Notes: generated from the letters alone by a model not told the origin. DNA of 64,000 nucleotides from an uncultured Gammaproteobacteria bacterium (GCA_964352335.1 CAYGRO010000007.1:361-64360); one strand, 5' to 3'; counted from the first letter of the stretch, positions 45,530 through 55,598 are shown. Numbers and translations: made by a program.

Positions 45530-47120
45530 ATTGACTGAAGTTAAACGAAAAATCAAAGAAAAACCCCAATTGGTACTTATTATCTTCGGGGTTGCTTTTT
45601 TCTTTATTTATAGCTGGCTCTATCTTTCTACTCCAGCCATTTATAATTCTCCTGATGAAACAGCAACGGCAATCTTTACAAATACCTATTTAGAGTCGTC
45701 AAGTTTTCAAATACCATTTAGTCCAAATCCTACCAATACAATTCACCCAAGAAGTGTGAATATTGCTGGTTCAAGCTTTGTCCCTGGTGGGTTTATTGGT
45801 TTACCTCTATTACTAGCAATCATTGGTAAGTTATTTGGTTCATTCTTTTTACTTACTTTTCCCGCACTTTTAGCGGTCATTGCTATCATTTGCTCGTATA
45901 GAATTTTTTCAGCAGTATTTTCTAAACAAATAGCTTTTTATTCGTCGATCTTGTTTTTCTTTTTACCACAATGGTGGCATTTTGTTTCAAAAGGATTTTT
46001 ACCAAATACCGTCTTTTTATCACTTCTTCTTATTGCCATTACTTGTTTTTTTATTGCGCATGACCAAAATAGAGCAAAATACCAGTCTCATCTATTTTCA
46101 TTTCTCTCTGGTATAACATTGCTTACAGCGCTTGTCATTCGCCCAAATGAATTCGTATGGGTGAGCGGTTGTATTCTTTTGCTTTTAATTGTGTATAGAA
46201 AAAAAGTAGAAATCCCTTTCATTATTTCTCTCTTTATAGGAGGGCTTATACCACTTGTCTTGGTTCTCACTATTCAATCGCAAACCTATGGTGGGGTATT
46301 TGTCACTGGTTATGATCAGCTTGAAGCAGTAGACCAAATTTCTTTTCTCTCTAAATTAATTGCAAATATCTTTCCTTTTGGGGTTGATCTTATTCAGTCT
46401 GCAAAAACGCTCTTTCTTTTTGTCTTTCAATTATTCTGGTGGCAAATTATTTTAATTGCACTAGGCTTTGTCTCCTTTGTGAAACGGCCTTTAAAATCAA
46501 ATGAACAAAAAATATATACAGCTATTTTTCTGCTAGTTTCCCTCTATTTATTTCTTTATTATGGTGCCTGGATTATTGCTGATGATTTAGATGTAACAAG
46601 AGTCAGTATTGGTATTTCCTATATTCGGTATTGGCTTCCATTTTCAGTTCTTTCAATTCCATTTATGGTTATGGGGCTAGAATACCTTGCTGAGAAAGCA
46701 AAGCCAAAAAAAGTAGTCTTTTCTGTTCTATTTATTTCACTACTTATCGGTCAAACTATTTTTGTCTATCAAGGGAAAGATGGTCTTCGAAAGATTCAGC
46801 AAACTGTAGTAAACTATAAAGACATACAAGATGGCATTCTACTTTCAACAGAACAAAATGCTATTATTGTAGGGGAGAGAATAGATAAAATCATTTGGCC
46901 TAAAAGACAAGTAATTCACTTTGAAGATCAAGATTATTCTTTTGTTTCAAACTTACCTTTGGTACTAGAGCACTATCCAGTTTACTGGCTTACTCTATTG
47001 CCGTATGATCATGTACTTATTTGGGAACAAACTGAATTTGCTCCTATTGGTTTAGAGCTTGAAACGATCGATTTTTCTCAAAGTGGTTACTCACTATATA
47101 AAATTCACTATGCTAACTAG
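45522..47120 (+). CDS. GT-C fold membrane glycosyltransferase (PMT/ArnT-like)
   Basis: 532 aa, ~11 TM with N-terminal periplasmic loop; overlaps neighbours. Confidence 0.5.
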   Translation: MTKLTEVKRKIKEKPQLVLIIFGVAFFFIYSWLYLSTPAIYNSPDETATAIFTNTYLESSSFQIPFSPNPTNTIHPRSVNIAGSSFVPGGFIGLPLLLAIIGKLFGSFFLLTFPALLAVIAIICSYRIFSAVFSKQIAFYSSILFFFLPQWWHFVSKGFLPNTVFLSLLLIAITCFFIAHDQNRAKYQSHLFSFLSGITLLTALVIRPNEFVWVSGCILLLLIVYRKKVEIPFIISLFIGGLIPLVLVLTIQSQTYGGVFVTGYDQLEAVDQISFLSKLIANIFPFGVDLIQSAKTLFLFVFQLFWWQIILIALGFVSFVKRPLKSNEQKIYTAIFLLVSLYLFLYYGAWIIADDLDVTRVSIGISYIRYWLPFSVLSIPFMVMGLEYLAEKAKPKKVVFSVLFISLLIGQTIFVYQGKDGLRKIQQTVVNYKDIQDGILLSTEQNAIIVGERIDKIIWPKRQVIHFEDQDYSFVSNLPLVLEHYPVYWLTLLPYDHVLIWEQTEFAPIGLELETIDFSQSGYSLYKIHYAN

Positions 47121-48621
47121 TTCTCATTATCGTGATGTCTTAAAACTGATTCGGATAGCACTGATCATCCTTTTTTGTTTCCTTGTTTTTTGGCTTATTA
47201 AACAAGATATCGCTTTTTCGGGTAAGTTTGCCGTTGAGCATGATTATTCCTCTCCATCACCTTTTTTTACTGAGCTAGTCCCTACGCAAAGAGTTGCCCT
47301 GTCAGATGCAGGGAATAGATTTATTGAAGAACCTATCTATACAACTCTTCGATATCCTCGTCCGTTTCAAGAATTACAATTGAATCTAACTTTTGATAAT
47401 CCAGATAATCTTTTTGTCGAATTTGGTCCGCAAATCGGTTTGCCAGAAGTTTATAAATTGCAAGCATTAAACCATCCTCTCTTAAATACATTATTAACCT
47501 CAAGTGATGATTGGGATAGCATCGGTGATCATCTTTATCAAAAAAGGTTTACAGATTATAGCTACGATTCAGTTGATCAGTTTACAAATGCTTTGCCGCC
47601 AATACAATCGGTGGGGTATTACGGAGTTGATTGGCAAAAACCTTATTTGCCAGAGTTTTCACAATTAATGAATCCTGTGACCATTACAACACCTCTTCGT
47701 GGGACACATCATTTCTATTTAGCATCAAATCAGCCATATATTGATCTTGATATCGACTTTCAAGATATTAATGCAACAAAAGGAAAAGATTTTGTTTCCG
47801 TTCAAATCAAAAATTGGGATGGTACTCTTTTGGAAGAGTGCTTGGCCAAGGACGATGGGGAAGAAAGAGAAAAAGGGGTCACATCAAAAAAGCAATCGCT
47901 TCATTGTGAAATAGCATTAGCATCACCTCAAGTGGTGATTGTGAGCATAGAAACAACCGATGATATTATCTTTCATTCAATTACAAGTTCAACACCATAT
48001 ATTGTGGCAAAAGACCATTTACGATTAGCTGGTGGAAATGAATATCTTTCAGAATTTGGAGCTGACAAAATTTCTTCTGTTGAAATTGTTACATCTGCTC
48101 GAAGTTGGGGGGCAATGACAACACATCGTTCTACTCTGCAGTCATTACGATTGGTTCGAGAGCAAGTTGCATTAGTTGAACCGTATCAAGCTGTTCATTA
48201 TCAAATGCCATCAAGTCAACGATTTTTGCTAGAAAAAGGATATTCATTTATCACAGAAAAAGGGAATGTAATTATTGATGGTAGAGGGGTTTATGCTTTA
48301 CCTGGTGCCAACTACTTTAGTCCTAAACCATGGCTTATTGATTCTACAACTGACCCGCAAGTTATAGGGATAAATTATCTTCTTACAGATTATGTTCCAC
48401 CAATTCAACAAGAAGACGGTTCAGTATTGCAGAAAGTAACAATAGATTTGGCAACTGTTTTTGCTCCAACAAAAGCATTACGGTTTCAGTGGTCATTACC
48501 TACGATGGAAGACAAAACGAACTTTGTCCTTAAAACAATACAAGCTCAGTATAAATCTGAGCCGATAACACTCTCTAATATACAAGAAAAGTTTTCACGA
48601 TTTATTGAAAGGGAATTTTAA
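47059..48621 (+). CDS. Hypothetical protein with N-terminal TM anchor (≈500 aa)
   Basis: Likely start MLTSSHY at 47110; single N-terminal TM then soluble domain. Confidence 0.45.
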   Translation: MKRSIFLKVVTHYIKFTMLTSSHYRDVLKLIRIALIILFCFLVFWLIKQDIAFSGKFAVEHDYSSPSPFFTELVPTQRVALSDAGNRFIEEPIYTTLRYPRPFQELQLNLTFDNPDNLFVEFGPQIGLPEVYKLQALNHPLLNTLLTSSDDWDSIGDHLYQKRFTDYSYDSVDQFTNALPPIQSVGYYGVDWQKPYLPEFSQLMNPVTITTPLRGTHHFYLASNQPYIDLDIDFQDINATKGKDFVSVQIKNWDGTLLEECLAKDDGEEREKGVTSKKQSLHCEIALASPQVVIVSIETTDDIIFHSITSSTPYIVAKDHLRLAGGNEYLSEFGADKISSVEIVTSARSWGAMTTHRSTLQSLRLVREQVALVEPYQAVHYQMPSSQRFLLEKGYSFITEKGNVIIDGRGVYALPGANYFSPKPWLIDSTTDPQVIGINYLLTDYVPPIQQEDGSVLQKVTIDLATVFAPTKALRFQWSLPTMEDKTNFVLKTIQAQYKSEPITLSNIQEKFSRFIEREF

Positions 48622-48623
48622 CT

Positions 48624-49007
48624 ATGACTACACCAACTAATCGTCAATGGTTTTTAAAAAAACTCACCAAAGATCTTTTTTTCTTTAGTGGTTCTTTTTG
48701 GGGTATCTTATTTATTCTTGAGCTTATCAAAAATGGTTTAGTTTCAAATTACTTTTCATTGCCACATTTAGCGCTTTGGGTTTTCCTTTTTGGGATAATC
48801 GCCTTGGTTTTTGATACAAATACAGGAATGAGCCAGTTTGATCAAAACCAAGGTATAAAGAAAAGAGAGCGGGTTTTCTTAGTCCTCTTTTCTGTGCTTA
48901 TTGCCTTTATTCTTATAATAGCGACGAACTTTTCTCTACCTTTGACCCTTTTATTAATATTTGTTACGGTTTTGGCACTTTGGTCAGTCGTTTATACAAA
49001 ATCTTAA
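48624..49007 (+). CDS. Small membrane protein (127 aa)
   Basis: 4 hydrophobic helices; tightly packed after upstream gene. Confidence 0.4.
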   Translation: MTTPTNRQWFLKKLTKDLFFFSGSFWGILFILELIKNGLVSNYFSLPHLALWVFLFGIIALVFDTNTGMSQFDQNQGIKKRERVFLVLFSVLIAFILIIATNFSLPLTLLLIFVTVLALWSVVYTKS

Positions 49008-49019
49008 TCACAAAAGCAT

Positions 49020-49841
49020 ATGAAATACCTTATTTTTGGTAACGGTTATTTAGGAAATAAGTTTAATGATGCTTTAGAAGATAGCGTTATTGATTTAGCT
49101 CGTATCGATAATCCTGAGCAAGTTCGTGAAGCCATTTTGAAACATAAACCAGATGTCGTTATTAATTGTGCGGCAAGAACAGGGACACCAAATATTGACT
49201 GGTGTGAGGATCATAAATTAGAAACGCTCGATGCAAATCTTCGAGGACCTATGACACTTTTGAAGGTTTGTGAAGAGTTAAACCAATATTGGGTCCAAAT
49301 CGGGAGTGGTTGTATTTATCAAGGAGATGATAATGGAAAAGGGTGGTCAGAAGAGGATGCGCCAAATTTTACAGGAAGTTATTATAGTAAAGTAAAAGCA
49401 TGGATGAATGATATTTTAAAAGATTATCCAGTTTTACAATTGCGATTACGCATGCCATTAGATTCTGAGCCAACACCAAGAAATTTCATTTGGAAGATTA
49501 CTCATTATGATCAAGTTATTAGCATGGCAAATTCCATCACTGTTATTGATGACTTAATTCTTGCAATGAAACAGCTGACAGAAAAAAAGGCAACGGGTAT
49601 TTATAATGTTGTAAACCCAGGGGTGATCGACCATAAAGAAATTTTAGCAATGTATAAAGAAATTGTTGACCCAAATCATACTTGCGAATTTATTACAATC
49701 GAACAATTAGATCAATTAACAAAAGCGCCAAGATCTAATTGTATGCTTTCATCAGAAAAATTAGAGGCAGCAGGTGTTCACCTACCGCCTGTTCATGAAC
49801 GAGTAAAAGAAGTATTAGTTGAATATAAAAATAAGCTCTAG
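49020..49841 (+). CDS. RmlD-like NAD(P)-dependent sugar-nucleotide reductase
   Basis: MKYLIFGNGYLG…; RmlD substrate-binding fold length 273 aa. Confidence 0.65.
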   Translation: MKYLIFGNGYLGNKFNDALEDSVIDLARIDNPEQVREAILKHKPDVVINCAARTGTPNIDWCEDHKLETLDANLRGPMTLLKVCEELNQYWVQIGSGCIYQGDDNGKGWSEEDAPNFTGSYYSKVKAWMNDILKDYPVLQLRLRMPLDSEPTPRNFIWKITHYDQVISMANSITVIDDLILAMKQLTEKKATGIYNVVNPGVIDHKEILAMYKEIVDPNHTCEFITIEQLDQLTKAPRSNCMLSSEKLEAAGVHLPPVHERVKEVLVEYKNKL

Positions 49842-49842
49842 T

Positions 49843-50673
49843 ATGAATCTTCCTTCGCTTTTAGTGCTATTTATTGGGGGGTGGGGAGTTGCCCCAAATG
49901 ATGCGAATAATCTATTTTATTCAAGTCAGTTTTCTTTTTTGGATGAATATATTTCTGCTTATCCTTCACTTACTATTTCAAAGCCCAAACAAACTCTAGC
50001 GAAAACATATCAAATGATTGGAGGAGGGGGGGCTGAGCAAAAAGCATTGCTCCCACTTTTAACTGAGCATCAAATTAGATTAGTTGCGATTGGAGGTGCA
50101 GAACGATATGGTCTTTTGACTTCAGATTTGGCCTCTACTGATGCTATTTTTGAGGAATCAAATTCTTATTATTGTTCAACACCACCGACTCCTTCACTCA
50201 GCGATCATCCTGAATCTTCTCTTTCTCAAATTACTAAGCAAATTGAAGCACAAATGAAGTATGCAAAAGATGCTGTTATTTTTGCTTCTATTGAGTCTAT
50301 AGCAACAGCATTACGCTATCACTCAAAAGACGTCGTTAATAAAAGTATTATCGCGACAGATAAATATTTGAAAAAAACAATACAAGAAGCACTTGTGGCT
50401 GGTATTCGTATTTTAATTATCGGAGACTCTATTGGTGCAGAATCTTTTGGTGATGATAATGAGCAAAAGGAAGAATTATTACCAGTTGTTTTTATTGCAA
50501 AAGATCAAGAAGGTTTAAGAGCTTCTGACAAAGATTATGCCAATGATTCTGTTTTTCCGCTCAAGCCTTCTGGAACAATTCATGATCTTGCGCCAACCAT
50601 TCTTTCTCTCATGCATATTCCCAAACCAGAATATTTTTCTGGAACAAACCTTTTTTCTGAAAGTTTAAATTAA
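49843..50673 (+). CDS. Alkaline-phosphatase-superfamily metalloenzyme resembling iPGM phosphatase domain without the transferase insert
   Basis: N-terminus LVLFIGGWGVAP (cf. iPGM LISLDGWG) and C-terminus HDLAPTILSLMHIPKPEYFSGTNLF (cf. gpmI in this window …GPTVLALLGLNPSAEMTGRSL). Confidence 0.5.
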   Translation: MNLPSLLVLFIGGWGVAPNDANNLFYSSQFSFLDEYISAYPSLTISKPKQTLAKTYQMIGGGGAEQKALLPLLTEHQIRLVAIGGAERYGLLTSDLASTDAIFEESNSYYCSTPPTPSLSDHPESSLSQITKQIEAQMKYAKDAVIFASIESIATALRYHSKDVVNKSIIATDKYLKKTIQEALVAGIRILIIGDSIGAESFGDDNEQKEELLPVVFIAKDQEGLRASDKDYANDSVFPLKPSGTIHDLAPTILSLMHIPKPEYFSGTNLFSESLN

Positions 50674-50677
50674 GCCT

Positions 50678-51046
50678 ATGATGAAGTTTTCTGGAATTGT
50701 TGAAAAAGGGGAAGGACAAGCTTCTCTCATAGCTGTTCCAACAGCCAATATTTCGCTTTCTCATGATAAACCAAATCCCGGTATTTATGCTTGTTCAATT
50801 GAGCTAGAAGAAGTGGTCTATAATGGAATTGCGTATATCGGCAAAGCTTGGTTATTGAGTGGGGCACCAGAGCGCATTGAGTTTCATCTATTTGACTATG
50901 AAGGACCAGCATTTTATGGTAAATCTATAACGGTTGACCTTAAAGAGTTTTTACGAGAACCGATTGAATTTACGTCAGAAGATCAAGCGAATAAACAAAT
51001 CATAAATGATATTAAAGCTGCAAATGCTTTCTTTTCAAACAACTAA
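50678..51046 (+). CDS. ribK: Riboflavin kinase (monofunctional RFK domain)
   Basis: GIVEKGEGQASLIAVPTANISL… matches RibF C-terminal kinase-domain pattern. Confidence 0.6.
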   Translation: MMKFSGIVEKGEGQASLIAVPTANISLSHDKPNPGIYACSIELEEVVYNGIAYIGKAWLLSGAPERIEFHLFDYEGPAFYGKSITVDLKEFLREPIEFTSEDQANKQIINDIKAANAFFSNN

Positions 51047-51638
51047 TATGTTTACAGGAATTATTGAACAAACAGGGAAAGTAAAAGACCTCACAGAAAA
51101 AGATCAAACTGCTACATTAACAGTTATCTCTTCTGGTTTTTTTGATGAAGTAAAACCAGGCGATAGCGTTGCTGTTAATGGGACTTGTTTAACGGTTGTT
51201 ACACATGATGCAGATTCTGCGACATTTGACTTGGGGCCTGAAACTTTAGAAAAAACAACGTTAAAAAATCAATGTAAAGACCAGGTGGTGAATTTAGAAT
51301 TACCACTAAGAATGTCTGATCGGCTCGGTGGTCATTTTGTCCAAGGACATGTAGACGGCAAAGCAAAGGTTCTTTCTATTGAAACAAAGGGTTCAACTTT
51401 ATGGATGCAATTAGAAATTGACCCTGCCTATTCGGCCTATATTCTAGACAAAGGATCAATTGCTATTGATGGTGTAAGTTTGACCATTGCAGAAAAAGAA
51501 AAGACAAGAATAAGTATTATGCTTATGAATTACACATTAGATAAAACAAATTTAAAGGACAGAAAAGTGGGGGATGAAGTGAATGTGGAATTTGATATCT
51601 TAGCAAAAATGACTCATCAAATGATTTCAAAAAAATAA
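51045..51638 (+). CDS. ribE: Riboflavin synthase alpha subunit
   Basis: MFTGIIEQTGKV N-terminus, two lumazine-binding repeats; start overlaps upstream stop. Confidence 0.85.
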   Translation, partial: NMFTGIIEQTGKVKDLTEKDQTATLTVISSGFFDEVKPGDSVAVNGTCLTVVTHDADSATFDLGPETLEKTTLKNQCKDQVVNLELPLRMSDRLGGHFVQGHVDGKAKVLSIETKGSTLWMQLEIDPAYSAYILDKGSIAIDGVSLTIAEKEKTRISIMLMNYTLDKTNLKDRKVGDEVNVEFDILAKMTHQMISKK

Positions 51639-51639
51639 T

Positions 51640-52107
51640 ATGCAAAGTAATTCCTTTAAAGAACAGGTATTAGAAAATACAAAAATTGCGATTGTTCGTT
51701 CTCGTTTCAATGAATCTGTGACTCAAAATATGTTAGATGCTTGTATTGATTCACTTAAATCAGCTGGGTTAACAGATAAAGATATTTCTATTACCGAAGT
51801 TCCTGGTGCCTTTGAAATTCCTCTCGTTGCTTCCGTATTGGCAAAACAGGATTTTGATGCCGTGATTACACTTGGTTGTGTCATGCGCGGTCAAACACCT
51901 CATGATCGTTATATTAGTCATGCCGTTATTGAGAAATTACAAGACATTGCTCTACAAGTGAATAAGCCAATCATTTTAGGTGTGATCACTCCATTAGACC
52001 AAGAACAAGCTGTGGCTCGTTCAAGTGGTGAGCATAATAAAGGGGTAGAAGCTGCATTATCTGCAGTGGAAATGATTCAGAGAATGCGAGAGATAACAAA
52101 GAGTTAA
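51640..52107 (+). CDS. ribH: 6,7-dimethyl-8-ribityllumazine synthase
   Basis: 155 aa; KIAIVRSRFNE…GAFEIP motifs. Confidence 0.85.
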   Translation: MQSNSFKEQVLENTKIAIVRSRFNESVTQNMLDACIDSLKSAGLTDKDISITEVPGAFEIPLVASVLAKQDFDAVITLGCVMRGQTPHDRYISHAVIEKLQDIALQVNKPIILGVITPLDQEQAVARSSGEHNKGVEAALSAVEMIQRMREITKS

Positions 52108-52133
52108 TATCCTTTACTTACTAGTGTGACGAT

Positions 52134-53213
52134 ATGAATGCAATCATCTTAGCCGGAGGACAAGGAACTCGGCTTTGGCCAATGTCTCGACGAGACAAGC
52201 CGAAGCAATTTTTTTCTATTCTTTCTTCGTATCCAATGATTGTAGAAGTGTATAATCGACTTGCTCATCAGTTTTCTGCTGATCAAATTTATATTGCCAC
52301 CTTAGAGCCCTTTGTTCCGATTACCAAAGAGTTATTACCAGAATTGAAAGACACACATTTTTTTACAGAACCAAGTAAAAGGGATAGCGGCCCAGCGATG
52401 GCCTTAGCCGCTTGGAGACTACAAAAAGAAGGCAAAGGTGATGAAGCATTCGTTTTTATCCCTACAGACCATTATATTGCTGATATTGATCGTTTTTTGC
52501 ATACAATAGCCATTGGTGGTCAACTCGTTAATGAGACCGGTAAAATGGTTGATATTAGTGTGACACCAGAATTTGCAAGTACAACATTGGGCTATACCCA
52601 AATTGGTGATCAATTTAAAACAATTGATGGAATAGAAGTATTCGCTTTCGCTGGGCATACCGAAAAACCAGATCATGCCAAAGCAAAAGAATATGTCGAT
52701 TCAGGTAAATATTTATGGCATGCCAATTATTATATGTGGACGCCAAAGTTATTGCTCGAAGCCTATAAAAAACATGCTCCAGAAATCTATACACTTTTAG
52801 AGCAAATGGACGTAGCTAGTTCAAAAGAAGACAAAGATGCCTTATATGATAAAATGCCAAGTGTTTCTATTGATTATGCTGTTACAGAAAAAATTGATTC
52901 AGAAGATGTTCTCATTATCAAAGGTGATTTTGGCTGGTCAGATATTGGTGCTTGGGATGTTTTGCATGATCGACTGAAGCAAAAACAAGCAGATGAAAAT
53001 CAAAATGTCTTAAAAGGAGATATTATTGCTTTAGAAACAAGTAATAGTCTTATCTACTCGCAACAAAATAAAATGATTGCTACTATTGGTTTAAGTGATA
53101 TGGTTGTTGTTGATACTCCCGATGCTTTATTGATTTGTCCAAAAGGGAGGTCACAAGAAGTCAAAAAACTCATCAATAAAATGAAATCTAATAAGCTTGA
53201 TAACTATCTATAA
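52134..53213 (+). CDS. Mannose-1-phosphate guanylyltransferase-like nucleotidyltransferase
   Basis: N-terminal ILAGGQGTRLWP signature; 359 aa. Confidence 0.8.
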   Translation: MNAIILAGGQGTRLWPMSRRDKPKQFFSILSSYPMIVEVYNRLAHQFSADQIYIATLEPFVPITKELLPELKDTHFFTEPSKRDSGPAMALAAWRLQKEGKGDEAFVFIPTDHYIADIDRFLHTIAIGGQLVNETGKMVDISVTPEFASTTLGYTQIGDQFKTIDGIEVFAFAGHTEKPDHAKAKEYVDSGKYLWHANYYMWTPKLLLEAYKKHAPEIYTLLEQMDVASSKEDKDALYDKMPSVSIDYAVTEKIDSEDVLIIKGDFGWSDIGAWDVLHDRLKQKQADENQNVLKGDIIALETSNSLIYSQQNKMIATIGLSDMVVVDTPDALLICPKGRSQEVKKLINKMKSNKLDNYL

Positions 53214-53219
53214 AGAATT

Positions 53220-54239
53220 ATGCGTTGGTTTATTCGAATTATTATCCTCCTTCTTATTCTCTCTGCACCAATTTGGTTTTGGTATCGTTCGCTTACAAAT
53301 TCATTTGAAGACGATATTCTTATACAACAGGATTTATTTTATGTTGTGGAACAGGGAAGCACACTAAATAGTGTTGCAGCCGACTTAGCAGAACAAGGGG
53401 TTATTGAAAAGGCAAGTACATTAAAATGGTTAGGTAAAATAGAGGGTGATACAACTATTTTCGCAGCAGCTTATGCGCTAAAGCCTGAGATGACTGTTAG
53501 AGAGGTTTATGAAGCTATTACACAAGGAAAAGCATTTTCTGATGAGGTACAAGTTACCGTTATCGAAGGCTTAACTCTAGATCAAATCGGAGATCAATTT
53601 GAAGAAGCTGGTTTAGTAACTTCTGATGCTTTTGTCACAGCAGCGAGTAGTGGTTTAAGTCGGTTTATAAATACGTATAGCTTTTTAACTGATCTACCAA
53701 AAGATTCAACATTAGAAGGATATCTTTTCCCAGATACATATCGGTTCTTTAAAGATGCAACAGTAGATGATATTTTACAGAAGTTGCTAACAACTTTCGA
53801 CACACGTTTAACCTCTGAAATGCGTATTGAAATTGCTAAATCTGGTAGAACTATTCATGAGGTTGTTACACTAGCAAGCATTGTACAAGATGAAGTAAGA
53901 ACTGAGGATCAAATGCTTACTGTTGCGGGGATATTTCAAAATCGTTTAGATGAAGGAATCGCTTTGCAAACAGATGCGAGTATTAATTACATCACAAGAA
54001 GTGGGCGAGATCGTTCTACGCTTGAGGATTTAGAAATTGATAGTCCATACAACACCTATAAATATGCAGGCTTACCTCCTGGTCCTATTGGGGCCCCTGG
54101 AGCGCAAGCATTATTAGCAGCAGTCACTCCTGAAGAGACAGAATATTTCTATTTCCTTACCGATAAGGCAGGGAGAGTGTATTATGGTAAGACATTCGCA
54201 GAACATCAAAATAACCGCCAATATTTAGATCATGAATAA
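53220..54239 (+). CDS. mltG: Endolytic murein transglycosylase MltG (YceG family)
   Basis: N-terminal TM then YceG domain (…EGYLFPDTY…). Confidence 0.8.
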   Translation: MRWFIRIIILLLILSAPIWFWYRSLTNSFEDDILIQQDLFYVVEQGSTLNSVAADLAEQGVIEKASTLKWLGKIEGDTTIFAAAYALKPEMTVREVYEAITQGKAFSDEVQVTVIEGLTLDQIGDQFEEAGLVTSDAFVTAASSGLSRFINTYSFLTDLPKDSTLEGYLFPDTYRFFKDATVDDILQKLLTTFDTRLTSEMRIEIAKSGRTIHEVVTLASIVQDEVRTEDQMLTVAGIFQNRLDEGIALQTDASINYITRSGRDRSTLEDLEIDSPYNTYKYAGLPPGPIGAPGAQALLAAVTPEETEYFYFLTDKAGRVYYGKTFAEHQNNRQYLDHE

Positions 54240-54320
54240 TTCTCTTGTCTCTAGACGAAAGATTTGATATTGTAGGCTCAAAGTAAATAATTGACTCTCT
54301 CGTCTTTGCTCTTTGCAACT

Positions 54321-54743
54321 ATGCTGTCTATCCATATTTACCAAGTCCAAAAAACAAAAGACGCTGATTTACAGCGGATGGTTTCTGATTTCTATAAACG
54401 GATTGGTTCTGCAAAGGTAGAAGAAGTCACATTTAAATCAGAAGAAGATATGGTAAAATCGCTTCCACAACGCGGTTTTTTTATTGCCTTGGAAGCAAAT
54501 GGTAAAATGCTTGATTCTGAGAAATTAGCGAAATTAATCGAAGAAAAGAAAAATCAAGGAATATCTTCCTTGTTTTTTTTAATTGGTCCGCCGGACGGCT
54601 TTACTCAAAAACCGGAATCAATCGATATGGAATTATCTCTTTCTGCCATGACATTTTCCCATCAAACAATTCGTTTATTACTTGCTGAGCAATTGTATAG
54701 AGCAACCGCCATCTTAGAAGGAAAGCCGTTTGCGAAACATTGA
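54321..54743 (+). CDS. rlmH: 23S rRNA (pseudouridine1915-N3)-methyltransferase RlmH (SPOUT)
   Basis: ~140 aa, SPOUT fold pattern; track ORF starts at upstream TTG (54291). Confidence 0.75.
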   Translation: MLSIHIYQVQKTKDADLQRMVSDFYKRIGSAKVEEVTFKSEEDMVKSLPQRGFFIALEANGKMLDSEKLAKLIEEKKNQGISSLFFLIGPPDGFTQKPESIDMELSLSAMTFSHQTIRLLLAEQLYRATAILEGKPFAKH

Positions 54744-54756
54744 TGTTTGGTCACTT

Positions 54757-54866
54757 TACCGCCCCCTAACCCCCTCCTAAGATAGGTGGGGGAAGAACAA
54801 AAATCTTGTGAAATCAATTTACTCACACCCTCCCCACCTATCTTAGGAGGGGACCGAGGGGCGGTA
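54757..54866. repeat. 110-bp MITE/REP-like palindromic element, copy B
   Basis: taccgccccctaaccccctcc…ggaggggaccgaggggcggta; t→g at pos 5 compensated by a→c at pos 106 relative to copy A. Confidence 0.6.
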
Positions 54867-54917
54867 ATTGACCAGCATCATCTAATAAAAACAACTCATA
54901 ACACATAACCCAACCCT

Positions 54918-55598
54918 ATGAAAGAACCAATCATTTTCTCACTCGGAGGATCACTCATTGTTCCTGATCAAATTGATGCGGACTTTATTAAGGCATTTAA
55001 AAAAATCATTACGGAACGATTAGATGAGTATCGACAATTCATTTTAGTTGCCGGGGGAGGGAAAACAGCTCGAAGATATATTTCTGCGGCACAAGAAGTG
55101 AATAATCCGGAAGATGAAGATCTTGATTGGTTGGGAATCCATTCATCAAGACTAAATGGGCATTTACTGCGAACGGTTTTAAAAGATTATGCCGACCCAG
55201 AAATGATTACTTCTCCAGAAAAGATGACTCCAAGAGATGCGAAGATTCTTGTTGGTGCTGGTTATCGACCTGGAAATTCTACAGATTATGTGGCGACATT
55301 ATTTGCGAAAGCCTATGGAATCAAAACGGTCATTAACCTCTCTAATATTGATCATGTTTACGATAAAGATCCATATAAATTTGAAGATGCTCAAGCGCTT
55401 AAAACAATCTCATGGGCTGATTTTCAAAAGATGGTAGGGAGTGAATGGGTGCCTGGAATGAACTCACCATTTGACCCTGTCGCAACAAAATTAGGGGCAG
55501 AATTAGGTCTAAAAGTAGTTGTCATGAAAGGAACTGACCTAGAAAACCTTGCTAATTATTTGGATGGAAAAGACTTTAAAGGGACCATAATTGGCTAA
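54918..55598 (+). CDS. pyrH: Archaeal-type UMP kinase (amino-acid kinase family)
   Basis: 226 aa; GGS…DFIK, VAGGGKTARRYI, C-terminal GT.IG resemble archaeal PyrH. Confidence 0.7.
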   Translation: MKEPIIFSLGGSLIVPDQIDADFIKAFKKIITERLDEYRQFILVAGGGKTARRYISAAQEVNNPEDEDLDWLGIHSSRLNGHLLRTVLKDYADPEMITSPEKMTPRDAKILVGAGYRPGNSTDYVATLFAKAYGIKTVINLSNIDHVYDKDPYKFEDAQALKTISWADFQKMVGSEWVPGMNSPFDPVATKLGAELGLKVVVMKGTDLENLANYLDGKDFKGTIIG

